Positions 1 to 14,855 of a stretch of 64,000 nt of DNA are shown here, piece by piece (position 1 is the stretch's first letter; every line of letters begins with the position of its first letter). The notes beneath the pieces are model-generated. The model ran no database searches and was not told the DNA's origin. It saw only the letters and a list, made by a program, of their open reading frames with translations. The stretch covers positions 135,966,001-136,030,000 of the forward strand of contig NC_042997.1 in assembly GCF_006345805.1 (NCBI RefSeq), read 5' to 3'. Both the position numbers and the translations under genes were made by a program. This stretch comes from Octopus sinensis (lineage: Eukaryota).

Positions 1-1593
1 TAGAATATTCAAAGTTCTATATAAACTGATTCATGGCTGTTTATATGTTTACAAGTGTAAATATTTTATGTAATATAGTAATATATTTTTGCAAAATACT
101 TTCTAAATACTGTATTGACATATTTCTGAAAGTTCACTACTTTTTCATTTTGAACAAAATTTATTCTCAAATGACATCCATTACTCCATCAACAATATTG
201 CCAATTTTTAACAATTCCACCATTTGTCACTAGATTAAACTTTCATCGAATTTCATCGATTTTAGCCAAATTGCAAGAAGAAGAAATCTCCTGGTGAAAT
301 CTTTTAAAGTTTCCTTCGATTAGCTGTAGAATTTAATCAACACCCATAATAACTAAACTGGATTAGTTATTTGAAATGGTTCCTTCGTTTGTCTTTTTTT
401 AGTAAGTGCTCTGGAATGTTCTTGCCTTCAAAAGTAAATATTTAAAGAATCAAATGAAGTTCAATTACGGAAAGAGCAATATTTAATTTCATCGTGCAAC
501 AAACGATTTATTTAACTAATGTTTTTGTATCCATGATATTTTTAATAGATTGTCATGTTTCAAATCTTGGAAAGAAAGAACAATCAATTAAAAAAAGGTT
601 TAAAATAAGAGTTGTTTCTCGTTTCGGTGTACTTTTGCAGCATGCAATTCATTTCCTCGTAATGTTATTTGTATTATAGAATTAAAGTTTATTTTGAATT
701 AAACTTTTTTCTCTTGAAGTTCCATTAAAATGACATTCATACCCTCCGGATTTTATAATACCTAAAATAATGTTTATGAAAAAAATTAAATACAAACATC
801 ACTGCGTTGTTCTTTGAGTAGTGATAATTGCCTCTCATTGTAAGATGCTATTGCATTCATACCGTTAGAAACCACCTGCCAGAAATTATTATTAAATTAG
901 TAATCATATTTTTTTATTTGAATCCTTATTATAGTGATGCAAATATACATGCCTTTACAAATAAAATTCAGAACAAAAATTGGGCACCAAGCATCCCATT
1001 TCTACTATGCATGTTATTTAATAAAGTACGAACATTTTTCCTTTATTTTCCTTTTTTCATTTTGTTTTTTTGGGGTTTTTTTTGCTGACAGTCACTTTTT
1101 CTCAAAACCCAAATATAACACTCTGCAACACTCATTCACTGCAAATATCTACACTCCTATAGTTTTGTCTACTACATTATCTTTTTATCCTTTTTATATC
1201 ACTTCTGCTCACAAATACAATTTACATTGTTTTCGCAGACCATATTTTTATAGCTATTATTATTTTGAAAAAGAGACGAAAATAGTGTTTGCGTATGACA
1301 ACTGAATCTGAGCATATTACTTTTATTCGTGAGTTTATATGTAAGCGTGTGTGTGTATATTTGTGGGGGGATGTTTAACTATTTCCTCCTTTCAAATTAA
1401 CTGTTTTACCGTTTACCAAATTATTTCTAAATAAGTTCATATGTAGTCTTCAAAAAATGATTCAAAAATGTGATGTCAACAGACAATATTGTTACTTTAT
1501 AAAATTATATGTTATACTAATAAAGTTTCATGCGCAGTTACTTGTCCCACTGTAAATAACAACAAAAGTTCGATCACATCCCAACAAAGAAGA

Positions 1594-1594
1594 T

Positions 1595-1674
<80 letters not shown>
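1594..1674. repeat. (AC)n(AT)n compound microsatellite
   Basis: Directly visible dinucleotide runs. Confidence 0.95.
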
Positions 1675-1676
<2 letters not shown>

Positions 1677-1719
1677 TAGCTGCTTTCTGGTATACGAGCA
1701 AAGCCATTGCTAGAAAGAA

Positions 1720-2720
1720 TCACTGAAATGAGTCATTGTTGGTGCATTGTGAGGCCCCTGTATGACTCTTGAGTCTGGCGGAAGATTTGCACCTTCTGTT
1801 GCATAACGTGCAGCTGTGCTGGCTGGCAGAAGGAACAAGTGCCACAGTATGATCTATTTTGACTTTTCAATACTCCAACTGAGAGGCACACCTTTCCACG
1901 GGTTGCACATGTTCTCTTGTGAACAATAACCATATCACAATTTACCATGGATCGATTCCTGTGTGTTCACTGATGGCTGACCAAGCCCGGACAACTCCAG
2001 CACCTCCTCCCACAAATCACACATACAAAAAAAGCAACAACCCCTTTTTCTCCACAGGTTCATTCTTTCCAAGCCTTCTCTTAATCTTTTCGTGCTTCAT
2101 TTTCTCTCTTTCAAACATAGGACAACCAATGTGCACCCTCTTCCTCCTTTCATCTCGGTTTTGTTCCCTCCCTCTCACAATCAACAACTGAAACTCCTGA
2201 CTTTGTCAGCAATTCTGCAGCAATCCTTGAAACTCATTTTGGGTTTATGCGCTGGTCTACTACCATATTCCAGCTCACCATACAAAAGTTGCTTGGGAAG
2301 TCTTTCATCATTCATTCTTACCATATGTCCACCCCACCTCAAACGACTTTGCAGAGTCATTGATTCTACTCTTCTACTACCACTTCTCTCAAGTACTTCC
2401 TCATCATTGATGGCCATTTTCCAATTCATCCCAAGAATTTTCCTAAGACAATATTGACGATCTGGTTCCAAATGCCTTAATTACCGACGATAAACAACCC
2501 ATGTCTCACTTCCATATATCAAAGATGGCAGGATAGATGTACTATAAACCCTAATTTTAATTTGGAAATATATAATATGGCGTGACCAGAGACACTTGTT
2601 GAGCCTAACAAAGGCACTACTTGCCTTGCTGATTCTATATGAAATTCCATCATGACTAGCAGTGCTCAAAGTACTTCCAAAATATGTAAGTTCGCTCTTG
2701 AGTGTCATTGGTCGCACTTG
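1720..2720 (-). mobile_element. RTE-clade LINE, 3' part of the RT ORF, degraded
   Basis: Broken minus-strand frames carry RTE C-terminal motifs: YFGSTLS, RISKASSAF, LIYGSETWVVY, CLRKILG, RLRWGGHMVRM, RLPKQLLYGEL, and Cys/His-rich zinc-finger-like ends (CATRGKVCLS, FCQPAQ...MH). Confidence 0.85.
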
Positions 2721-2910
2721 AGAGTTACTGGAAACAAGTAATCCAGTACAACCTGTAACATGGTCGGGTCATCGATGACTAAACCCCACCAAGGTTGCTT
2801 GGTGAGGAGGAGGATTGTTGAACACCCAGCGGGACGAAAATTAAGACCCGTCAAAGGCCGGAAGAAATAATGAGTAGTCAACGGCCATTCAACAATGTGT
2901 GTATGTCTAA

Positions 2911-2918
<8 letters not shown>

Positions 2919-2977
<59 letters not shown>

Positions 2978-2994
2978 CATATATATATATATAT

Positions 2995-3064
<70 letters not shown>

Positions 3065-3076
3065 TATATACATATA
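2919..3076. repeat. (TA)n microsatellite
   Basis: Directly visible. Confidence 0.95.
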
Positions 3077-3329
3077 ATAGTCATATTCTCTGCACGGAGA
3101 AACAGTGTCCAATAACATGTGGAGGCACTGAGACTTTGGAGAAAGAAAGCATCCTCAAACTGAATCATTTCTACAGATTGAGCTCAGGCAAGTATCAAAG
3201 TTTTATCTCCTTCTTACTTACAGTCTCTCACTCTCACTCATTAACTCTTTTTCTTTCTCTTTCACTTTTTCTCTCTATTTCTCTCTCGTTCTCTCTTTCC
3301 AAATATGTGAATATATCAAAACAACGATC

Positions 3330-3583
3330 AGACGTCTCTCCCGAAACGTATGCTCATAAGGCTGCTTTCTCGGATCCTGTGCCGTGTATATCCACCACCA
3401 CCCCCTGCCCTGGACAGGACGCCGGCTCATCGCAGGATTATTGATTGTGGCCAACTGAGTGGACTGAAGTAATGTAAAATGAAATGTTTTGCTCAGGAAG
3501 ACAATGCATCGCCTGGTCCAGGAGTCGAATTCACAAACTTTCGATCGTGAGTGCAACACACTTACCAGCAAGTCACACGCCTC
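3330..3583 (-). mobile_element. tRNA-derived SINE, diverged
   Basis: Minus strand begins gaggcgtgtgacttgctgg...gaattcgactcc (A/B-box-like), then ttgtcttcctgagcaaaac...cagtccactcag, shared with the copies at 6543 and 52189. Confidence 0.75.
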
Positions 3584-3791
3584 AACATAGATAAACAGAT
3601 AGAGAGAGAAAGAGAAAGAGAGAAAGACAGACAAACAGACAGGCTGGCAGGCAGGCAGGCACACATACACATACACACAGACAGTCAGACAGACAAACCG
3701 AATAATGCGTTCTTTAATCAGCTTACGTGCATTACGGATAGATTGGTAAATTCCAAGTTTCAGTGAGACAGTAATGATGTAAAAAATTTAA

Positions 3792-3949
3792 CGGAGTGTT
3801 TGTGTGGTAAAAAGCTTGCTTACCAACCACATGGTTCTGTGTTCAGTCCTATTCTGTGGAACCTTGGGCAAGTGTCTTCTACTATATCCTCGGATTGACC
3901 AAAGCCTTCTGAGTGGATATGGTAGACGGAAACTGAAAGAAGCCCGTCG

Positions 3950-3996
<47 letters not shown>
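3792..3996 (+). mobile_element. SINE with internal (TA)n(TG)n tract, 5' half
   Basis: Matches the 5' half of the intact copy at 7558 (ttgggcaagtgtcttct...gagtggat..ggtagacggaaactgaaagaagcc.gtcg) and ends in the internal microsatellite. Confidence 0.85.
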
Positions 3997-5315
<1,319 letters not shown>

Positions 5316-6524
5316 CGGTAAATGATCCCATAATTGATCGTTTCAACGATGACAGAAAGAAATTCATATCGTTGTATCCATATCAAAGCTATATCACACT
5401 ACTTACAATAGTGAACAAATTAAGGGAGATAGTAAAAAAAAATTAATAATATTTGACCATTCTAAGGAATAGCGGGGTATCTGCAGACCTACTTGGAAAT
5501 TATATTCATCAGATGAAGCCTTAGGCTATGTAACAACAACTCTAGCTGCGGGCGAAGTTCATTAAATCAGAATCATATATATTTATAAATAAAACGCTAG
5601 GTATTATCACCCTGCTGATAAATCTTTTCTCCTAGAAAATATTACTATCGATTTTAAATACAAATATGTTGCGTATTAGTGTTTGATTTCTACGTATTGC
5701 TTTTGTTTAAATTGGAAATTATTGTCCTGCGATTTTTCCTATTATTTAGGTAACAATATCCATAATTATTTCTTATGCCTTTGTTTTCATTTCCTTTATA
5801 TTTTGCCGAATTCTTCTATATATATACTACATATTTCCAGGATCAAATAACATTATAGCTTTCAGATATTTTGCCATGCAAAAAGAGACTCAGATAATTA
5901 GATTTAATGCTAATGTTATTAACAAAGCTTCATCATTTATGTGTTTTCTAAAGAATCAAGAATTATCATGTAGGATGAAATAACAATACGTGATAAAAAA
6001 GCAACTTCTTTGTAAAGCTTAGTTTTTTCTGTTAATGTTTTCATAAAAATCAATAGCATCTTTTCAATAATCAAAGGATTTTCAAAAGAAGACACATTTT
6101 AAGAAAGAGTGAAATAGACACAAACATCATAATATACAATATATCTTTGCGATAGTGTTTTACAGTGACAGCATAAAAATTGTGCTGATGTATACAATTA
6201 CAGACTTGTGCGAAAAGAGTGATATATTACTGATTCTTCATGTTACAGATCTGCGGGATTTCTTTATACAAAACTAAATGGTACATAAGTGTAAATGTAT
6301 GTGTCTAAACTTCTAGGATATTAACTCTGTTATTATCTATTTCTCTATTCCCCTCTCTCTCAATCTATATGTATATATAACATATAGAGAGAGAAATGCA
6401 TGGATAGATAGACAGATAGATATATGATATGATACCTTAAAGTATATTATATATTATCATAGAATATATACACGTATATATACGTGTATATGTGTGTGTG
6501 TGCGCGCGTGTGTGCGTGTGTGTA

Positions 6525-7077
6525 TCTGTAAATGTAATATGTTGTGAGGGCGCGTGGCTTAGTGGTTAGGGCATTCGGCTCATGATCGTAAGGTTGTGAG
6601 TTCGATTCCCAGCAACGCATTGTGTCCTTGAGCAAGACACTTTATTTCACGTTGCTCCAGTCCACTCAGCTGGCAAAAATGAGTTGTACTTGTACTTCAA
6701 AGGGTCAGCCTTGTCACTCTCTGTGTCACGCTGATTATCCCTGAGAACTACGTTAAGGGTACACGTGTCTGTGGAATGCTCAGCCATTTGCACGTTAATT
6801 TCACGAGCAAGCTGTTCCGTTGATCGTATCAGCTGGGACCCTCGTCGTCGTAACCGGCGGAGTCTTCTTAAATGTAATATGTAACAATTATTCGGTAGCC
6901 ATGATAAACTCCGAGTTTCGGATTTTGGGGGTGGAAATCCACGCCGCCATCTCTTCAGTTATCCGGTCATCGGAAAAAATGCTATGAAGCGATGGCGGCG
7001 TGGATTTCCACCTCGGCATCCGAAACTCGGAGTTTTATCATGGCTACCGAATAATTTTTACATATTACATTTACAGA
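6525..7077. mobile_element. Tc1/mariner-type MITE (about 210 bp net), interrupted by a SINE
   Basis: Termini tctgtaaatgtaatatgtaa / ttacatattacatttacaga flanked by TA (6523-24, 7078-79); arms of about 90 bp are near-perfect inverted repeats. Confidence 0.85.
6543..6868 (+). mobile_element. Full-length tRNA-derived SINE with 14-bp TSD
   Basis: A box tggcttagtgg, B box gagttcgattcc; identical TSD taaatgtaatatgt at 6529-6542 and 6869-6882. Confidence 0.92.
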
Positions 7078-7109
7078 TATGAAGAATTTGAATTTTATTT
7101 TTATTCGAA

Positions 7110-7430
7110 CTAATCAACCCCAGTACTACTTTTTTTAAAGCCTACAATCAGTCTCTTATGCCAAATCACTTAGTTATGAGAAGTAAAGACACCAACACCG
7201 ATTGTAAAGCCGTAGAGAGAGGGGACAAACACAAGCACAAGGACACACACATGAATATACACACACACACACACATATATATACGATGTGCTTCTTTCAG
7301 TTTCCATCGACCAAAAATATTAACAAGGTTTTGGTCAGACCTAGACTATAGTAGAAGACACTTACTCAACTGTCGTGAGAGTGAACCTGGAACCATGTGA
7401 TCGGGAAGCTAACTTCTTATATGACAGCAC
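7110..7430 (-). mobile_element. SINE of the 7558 family, diverged, reverse orientation
   Basis: Reverse-complement match (cttctttcagtttccatcgaccaa..., agtagaagacactt..., gaacctggaaccatgtg). Confidence 0.75.
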
Positions 7431-7557
7431 TGTCTGCGCTTGAAACAATTCGATACTTACTTTGATGCTTCGACTGTGAAGCCTTTACCCAACAAAAATG
7501 TTACTTTAGTTTCTATGTCCGAGATAATTATTTGAAGTTTATTTTACGGAAGGAGCA

Positions 7558-7972
7558 ATGCGCAGGAGTGGCTGTGTGGTAAGTAGCTTGCTAACCAGCC
7601 ACATGGTTCCGGGTTCAGTCCCACTGCGTGGCATCTTGGGCAAGTGTCTTCTGCTATAGCCCCGGGCTGACCAATGCCTTGTGAGTGGATTTGGTAGACG
7701 GAAATTGAAAGAAGCCTGTCGTATATATGTATATATATATATGTATGTGTGTGTTTGTGTGTCTGTGTTTGTCCCCCTAGCTTTGCTTGACAACCGATGC
7801 TGGTGTGTTTACGTCCCCGTGACTTAGCGGTTCGGCAAAAGAGACCGATAGAATTAGTACTGGGCTTACAAAGAATAAGTCCCGGGGTCGATTTGCTCGA
7901 CTAAAGGTGGTGCTCCAGCATGGCCACAGTCAAATGACTGAAACAAGTAAAAGAGAGAGAAAGAGAGTAAAG
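7558..7972 (+). mobile_element. Full-length young SINE with internal microsatellite
   Basis: gcgcaggagtggctgtgtggtaag...gggttcagtccc head and (aagag)-type tail; nearly identical to 37461-37888. Confidence 0.92.
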
Positions 7973-8084
7973 AGCTGTGTGTTGAGATACAATATTTTTG
8001 GGGGGTTTATAAACAAATGTATTTGAGCAATCACTAACCTCTGCTTCTATGGAATAAAAATATGCAGCCATGGTATATGCACAT

Positions 8085-8120
<36 letters not shown>

Positions 8121-8363
8121 GACACAGCAAGAACTAATGGATAAGGAGTTTATTTCATGATCAAGAGTTCGATCCCGCTACACAGCAGGGTAACGTTGTT
8201 TTTTTTCTTCTCTACCATAGTGTCGAGTTGTCTTAGGTTGTATAAATGAATATGTGTAAACAGAAGCTGCTTTGAAGTCCATGTAGTAGACAGTACCTGT
8301 AATTAAAAGCCCAACTTTGCCATACATTCTATCATGTATTCATCTATACATGGTGGAGTGACC

Positions 8364-8541
8364 AGGCGCAGAAGTGGCCGTGGGGTAAAAAGCGTGCTTC
8401 CCAATCACATGGTTCTGGGTTTAATCTCACTGCGTGGAACCTTGGGAAAGTGTCTTCTACTATAGCCTCGGAATGACCAAAGGTTTGTGAGTGGATTTGG
8501 TAGACATAAACTAAGAGAAGCCTGTCGTGTATATATTGGTA

Positions 8542-8584
<43 letters not shown>

Positions 8585-8610
8585 ATATATAATATATATA
8601 TACATATACA
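8364..8610 (+). mobile_element. SINE 5' half
   Basis: Collinear with the 5' half of the 7558 copy; ends in (TA)n. Confidence 0.85.
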
Positions 8611-9065
8611 TGCATCTATGGGTACAGGATGTCACCAATGGTGCAAAACACATAAAATACGTAAACAAACGAAGGAAAAACGAGTAAAATACGTAAATAA
8701 CGAGAAAGAAATAGGAAGCAGGACAAGTTAACACAGAAAAAAAGCCCTTCATCTGTTGTTGGCTGTCTATCATTCAACGACAAACTTCAAAGACAGTTGC
8801 TCCCATAAATTCTAAAATAAATTTAGGATTTATGGAGGGTCAAAGTTGGGAACAAAAAGATTAAAATATTGAACACTGAGAGAAGCATTTTTCTTTTTTT
8901 TTTGTTTTGAAAAGAGAAAAGATAGAAGAGAGAGAAACACACGTCCGTTCGTTAAAATGTCCATACAGAAAAAGTAAGATGGATGATGGTCACGTGTGAG
9001 CAACGAAAGAGAGAGAGAGAGACAGATAGAAAACGGTGAAAACGGCGACATCCATTTCCAAGTAC
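8611..9065 (-). mobile_element. Non-coding insertion in the SINE microsatellite, probably a PLE terminal repeat
   Basis: About 455 bp with strong purine/pyrimidine strand bias separating two SINE halves; no ORF. PLE identity is inferred from context. Confidence 0.5.
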
Positions 9066-9068
9066 ATG

Positions 9069-9100
<32 letters not shown>

Positions 9101-9410
9101 TGTATGTATGTATGTATGTATGTATGTATATGTGTGTGTATGTATGTATGTATGTATGTATGTATGTATGTTTGTATATATGTATACATATATATATTTA
9201 TTTGTGTGTCTGTGTTTGTCTCTCCACCATCGCTTGGCAACCGATGTCGGTGTGTCTGCATCCCCGTAACTTAGCGGTTCGGCAAAAGAGACCGAGAGAA
9301 TTAGAACTAGGCTGGCTTATAAACAATGAGTTATGGGGTCTGTTTGTTCGAATAAAGGCGGTGCTCCAGCATGTCTGCAGTCAAATGAATGAAGCAAAAA
9401 AATAAAAGAA
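9066..9410 (+). mobile_element. SINE 3' half, continuation of 8364-8610
   Basis: (TATG)n, then tgtctgtgtttgtc...cttagcggttcggcaaaagagaccga...aggcggtgctccagcatg. Confidence 0.85.
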
Positions 9411-9626
9411 TATACGTCTACTACCAGCTAATGATTTTATCATTCTTGCAACGGACAATATTAAAATACGCCACTACACCTCTCGGGTAATATCTACTAA
9501 CTGTGGAAGACACAGTCCTTGAAGTATATTATAACACAACTTCAAAATGAAGCAGTGATCCACTCGTTATTGAAATTAACGCTGAATTAGTAAAAGCCCC
9601 GTAGTTAAACAAAGCAGCAGCTGAAA

Positions 9627-10067
9627 TCTCTCTCTATATAAACGGCAGTTTGTCTGTCTGTGTGTCTGTGTGTCTGTCAGGTTGTACCCTCACCCTGACC
9701 ACGGCTTTCAACCGATTCTGATGAAACTTGACACACACATAGCCCAATGTCATAATTCAAAACTAACGCAGTGAAAATTTTGAAAAGTTCCCCCAGTTCT
9801 GAAAAAGTATTCAAATAACTTGCGGCTGCAGCAGCTATTAGCAGAAGTGTCGGTGTTGGGGGTAAAGTCTCGAATGTAATTTCTTCCTGGTAGGAATTGG
9901 TTGGGTTGAATTATCGATAGCTGTTTAATAGTTATTTGGGAGTGAAGAGAAGACATTGCAACCTACACATGCGCCTTCGTTCCCTAGAGGGAAAGGACTA
10001 GATTGGGATTAGTCGTTGCCTACTAGGGGCTCTTACATACCCGGGCAACGCCGGGCTATGCTGCTAG
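9627..10067 (+). mobile_element. Non-autonomous Helitron
   Basis: 5' TC start followed by tatataa and a (ctgt)n tract; accgattctgatgaaactt motif; 3' hairpin cccgggcaacgccggg (10040-10055) followed by CTAG (10064-10067). Confidence 0.75.
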
Positions 10068-13000
10068 GGGTATTATAAAAACACGACTTTGACGACGCAA
10101 GAGAGACGAGATATATCAATTTACGCGCAACACAGTAAAACAAAGACAAAAACGATTGGACTGCTTCATTCAGACTCATTAAGCTTTGCCTTGCAAATCA
10201 ATTGAAAGAAAGTGACAGCGAAAGGTGTCTACTCTTATAATCATCGTGACAATATCTTGAAAACTAGCTTTTATTCCACCTTGAATAGTTGTAAAGGCAA
10301 ACTCAACTTAACTTAATGTTTTATCGATTAATGTAGAAAGGAAAAAATATCTCTTCTTACTCTGTCACAATAATCAATAACAGCCTTTTACTCAATAATT
10401 GCTAGTTCTCTATATGGAGTTGTTTCCGGTTTTACTGAATTAAATTTGTGATAATCAGAAATTGTATTCTCGTCGGGTGTGAATTTTAGTTTCCTATATT
10501 AAAACATTTTTTTCAAAATTAATAGAATACTGTTCGGAAGTCCATTGTAAGGATCGTATTTGAAATTATAAAGTGTAGCCTTGTCACACACTTTGTCACG
10601 CTGACCTTGCCTGTAGAATACTCTGTCACTTAGGTTAATTCTATGAGTAGGTTATTCTATTAACCGAAAAGCTGAACATTTGTGGTAGAAAGAAGATCAA
10701 TTTACTTGATGTGTGTGTGTGTGTGTGTGTGTGTATGTTCGCGTGCGTGTTTGAGCGCGTATATGCACGTATATAGGCGTCCACATCTAACTGTTTCTCC
10801 AAATTGTGTAAATATATTTTCGAATGAACCTACTTAACATATTTCTTCTTGTTCTGCTATTTTATGAGGTTGATAAATATATACCTGTTTCTCGTTCAAG
10901 CTGCTTCCTTCTAGAGTAGCATAATAACAGGAGACTTATAGCTGGCGAAGTTAAGAATATTTGTGGGCGTATTTTATTTACCCATTAGCATTTACCTATA
11001 GTAATGTGTGTGTGTGTGTGTGTGTGTGCGTGCGTGCGCGTGTGTGTGTATGTGATTCAATTTAGTGTTTTGTCGAAAAGGATAGGTAACCTGAAGTTAT
11101 ACTTGTAGATATGGTTAAAACAAAATCCTTGAATATTGCCCTCAAGTTCTTCTTAAATGCATCGATATCGTGGCTATATATGTTATTCCTAAGCTATACA
11201 ATTGGGAGTTATAATGTGGTAGTGCGCTATTTAATGTATCAAAGATAAGCAATTTTCATCGGTAATTTGATTTTTATAGTAATGAATGCAAAGCAGTCAG
11301 TCTTATAAAAACATTTTTACTGTGTCTAATGTTTGCGTAAACCGGTAAAATATCAAAATAAAGATGATTAGTATTTACATCTTCTCAGATGCATTACTAA
11401 ATGCATATTCTTGAGCTGGGGTATTATTAAATGTTCACATAAGTTATTTTGTTAAAGTTGTTTAGATTTAATACTGGAAAATAGAAAGTGTATATTACAA
11501 TAATGTCTCATGTGATATCATCAGATAATTGTAAAATGGTTATCAACGTTTTAAACGCTAAGATACTTTTGATTTTAGTAGTAAAGAGACAAGTTAAGGT
11601 ATGACTGATATGAGATTATCTTTGGTGTTTATTTTTCTTTTTTGTTCGTTAAATTTATTATTTATAGTGTACAAACCGGAACTTGCTGACGATATCGTTT
11701 CACTGTTTACCAAATAGCGATATTTTATCTATTTGAAGACGTGCACTATTTCAGAATTTGTTAGCAGTGCGCTAATTTTAAACAGCAACGATTAAAGAAT
11801 ACGAAAGCAATTAGAGTATCACGTCTAAAACAATTGAGTAGCAGCTTAAAATGTAATCCAGTTTATGCAATGCTTCAACAATACCTAGCCTCCATACATA
11901 AAAAGAGTTAACATATTCAATAAATCATAGTATTTCGAAATAATTTTAACGTTTAAACGAATGGTTCTAATTTGCTAAAATCTAGCAGAATGGTATGAAT
12001 AATGAGTTGACATCTTGTATAAATAATGAGATGACACTCGTATCCTTCATCGAAATGGTGCTTCAATAAATTATAATTATAATCACTTTAACTGTGATAT
12101 AAGAATCAAGTTTTCGACTTGCTTTCAAATATTTCCAGCATAATTTTCACCCAGAAAAATAAAAATAATAATGTCTCGTTCTTTACTAGCTCTGTTATAC
12201 TATTAATTTTTGGCTTTCGCCAGTTTCAAGCGTATGTAAAGATTAACCTCATAGATATCGGCAAAATCCAAATCAACATTACACTGAAATTAATCTGTTA
12301 ATTCTGTATAACTATGTTGCGAACAACTCGTCAATTTTATGGTGGACGCCGTTAGATGTAACGACAAAGTGAAGTTATTCATTATTCCTATTGACTGTTA
12401 GATGAATAAAGTCAGGTAGCGTTAAGTGTTTCAGCAACGAAAGCATTACTGAAGAATATTGTAATCTATTTTTACTGTAAAGTTGCAAGTCATCAACTCA
12501 ATAGAATTATAATTACATTTTACTAACATACGTATGTTAAATGATTTTTCTCATATACATGGGTAAAGATAGTTCTCTTTACTTGTATGATGAAATATTA
12601 TCTATCAATACGATTGTTTTTAATAATGCAATGTGAAATGGTTTCTTTTATGATCGTCGAAGGGGCACTGCCAGTAATTCTTAACAAAGATTATTACACC
12701 GATCTAAGCTCCTATTCAATTTCTGTTAGCTCATTTTCTAAAATTATCTCTACTATTGAATTTTTACATCCAGAAGACTTACGTGAGCGACTTGATTTTC
12801 TATGTCTTTTCATTGAAAAATTGACAAGTGCAACACATATCATGAATTAAATTGCCTTTTGCAACAGAATCTTAGATTTAAATCTTATTCAAAAGCGTCG
12901 TTTCTAAAGGCAGTATGATCATCATACATCTTTATTGTGAGCAGGATATCAAATTATTTATCGTTCTTAGAAATACATCACATCTTATTGCGATATTGAA

Positions 13001-14079
13001 CATGAGGCAGCTGGTCAAATATTCAGTGAATATAAATAAAAATCCATCCAAATGCAGAGTTTTCTACGATTAGTTCAGATAAATATGCAACTATTCACCT
13101 TATATTGTAGCATTTTTGTTATAACTTCATTTGAATGAAGAAAACCAAATTTGAATAGATATCCTTCGATATTGTCATGTACAGAATTTGTGCATCTTAA
13201 AATACATATAAAACCAGCTGAGAAAAAAAAGAACTTAAATTTAAGTGTTATTGATCAAATCTAAATTCATTACAAACTATATCAGAACAATTGTTGAATG
13301 TTGAATGTTTCGAATTATTAATAGATTCTCTCTAATATATAAATTTCAATGCAATCGCCCACTCTTGGAATTGGATAAGAATCAGTTCTTGAGAGAGAAT
13401 TGATGGCGTCCATGTCGGCACAGCAGCGCCAACCACCTCCACCACTCTTCGGTACAAGTACACAAGACGAACTCCACGGATTGTCACTGGGTTCAATAAT
13501 AGCATTGTCTAGCATATATTTCACTTCTCTCCGCAGTTTCACTTTCCACAGGATTCATTGTTTACAGGCACAGAACCACCTACATCTATAGTTCGGCCAG
13601 GCACAACAGGAAATAAATGAGAGAATTCATGGATCAAATCTGACAATTGAGTTTTCTGCTCAAAGGATAAATGTGACAATTTCTCATCACAGTGCGATAA
13701 CACATCAGACTTTCTTAATTTAGGTGAAACATTATCATCATGGTCATCCAAATTCACATTGCTAACATCATTATCAACATTGTCAACATGTTCAATCTTG
13801 TCTACAGTGCAATCAGTAACTGGGGAGAGTGTGACAATACAAGAAGCCTGTTTGGTTTCTACCCTGTTGTGGTATGACTTTATTATGTTTACATGACACA
13901 ATCTTTTTTTCTTACGAGGCCAGGAGTCAGGAAAACATAGCCTTCTTCGCAAGATATTTTATCAACCAAGTCACATGCTTTCGAAATTCTTTTCCGAAAT
14001 GTAGAAACATAGTCCAAAAGATTGATCTCAGGATCACTATTGAGCTATTGCTCTTCTAGATGTTTTAATGGCCCATGCA

Positions 14080-14720
14080 CAATAATACCAAATACAAGCT
14101 CAAGGGGATTGAACCCTAAACTTTCATGAACTGATTCCATGACAGCAAACAGCTACAAATGCACATCCTCATCCCAATCTTTCTCATTTTCAAAGCAATA
14201 AGTTTTGATCATATTCTTCAAGGTTTTATGAAATCTCTCTAAAGCTCCCTATGACTCAGGATGATAAGCCCTTAACTTAACCTTCTCAATACCCAACTGG
14301 TATATAACTTCTTGAAACACCTTAGACATGAAATTTGAGCCCTGAACAGATTGAACAACATTTGGCAAACCAACTAAGGTAAAGAAAAACTTGAACAAAG
14401 CTTTGATAATCCCAGGAACGACAATCCTACGAAGGAGAATAGCTTCAGGAAATCCTGTAGAAGCACACATGATAGTGAGAAGACTTAGTCTTAGGTAGTG
14501 GACCAACACAATCAATAATAACTCGACTGAAAGATTCCCCAAAAATCGGTATAGGTTTCAAAGGAGCGAGAGGAATTTTCTGATTTGGTTTTCCAGCAAT
14601 TTGGCATGCAAGATAGGTTTTACAAAATTCAGCCGCATCTTGTCTCAAACTAGGCCAAAAGAAATGTGCCAAACTTTTCTCACAAGCTTTGCTTGCACTT
14701 AAATGACCTGCCATGGGACA
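14080..14720 (-). pseudogene. Retroviral-type integrase (HHCC plus core), inactivated
   Basis: H-X6-H and CKTYLAC zinc region; D in IIDCVGP; second Asp changed (QSVQGSNF); E in GALER; frameshift and stop. Confidence 0.85.
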
Positions 14721-14855
14721 TTCATGTGCCAATGAAAGTACATGATTTCGTAACAATTGTGGTATCACAATTTTTTATACAATTTCAATTCACCCCCACA
14801 GGAATGTCCGGCTGCCTCTATTTCCTCATCAGAACACCATCCATAAAACAATATC

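Noticed and set aside
934-1305. 123-aa ORF and neighbouring short ORFs
   Set aside because: Phe/Tyr-rich composition expected from T-rich DNA; no motif.
2740-2900. GC-richer segment beside (TA)n as another hammerhead-bearing repeat
   Set aside because: No CUGANGA/GAAA pair with valid stems found on either strand; left unassigned.
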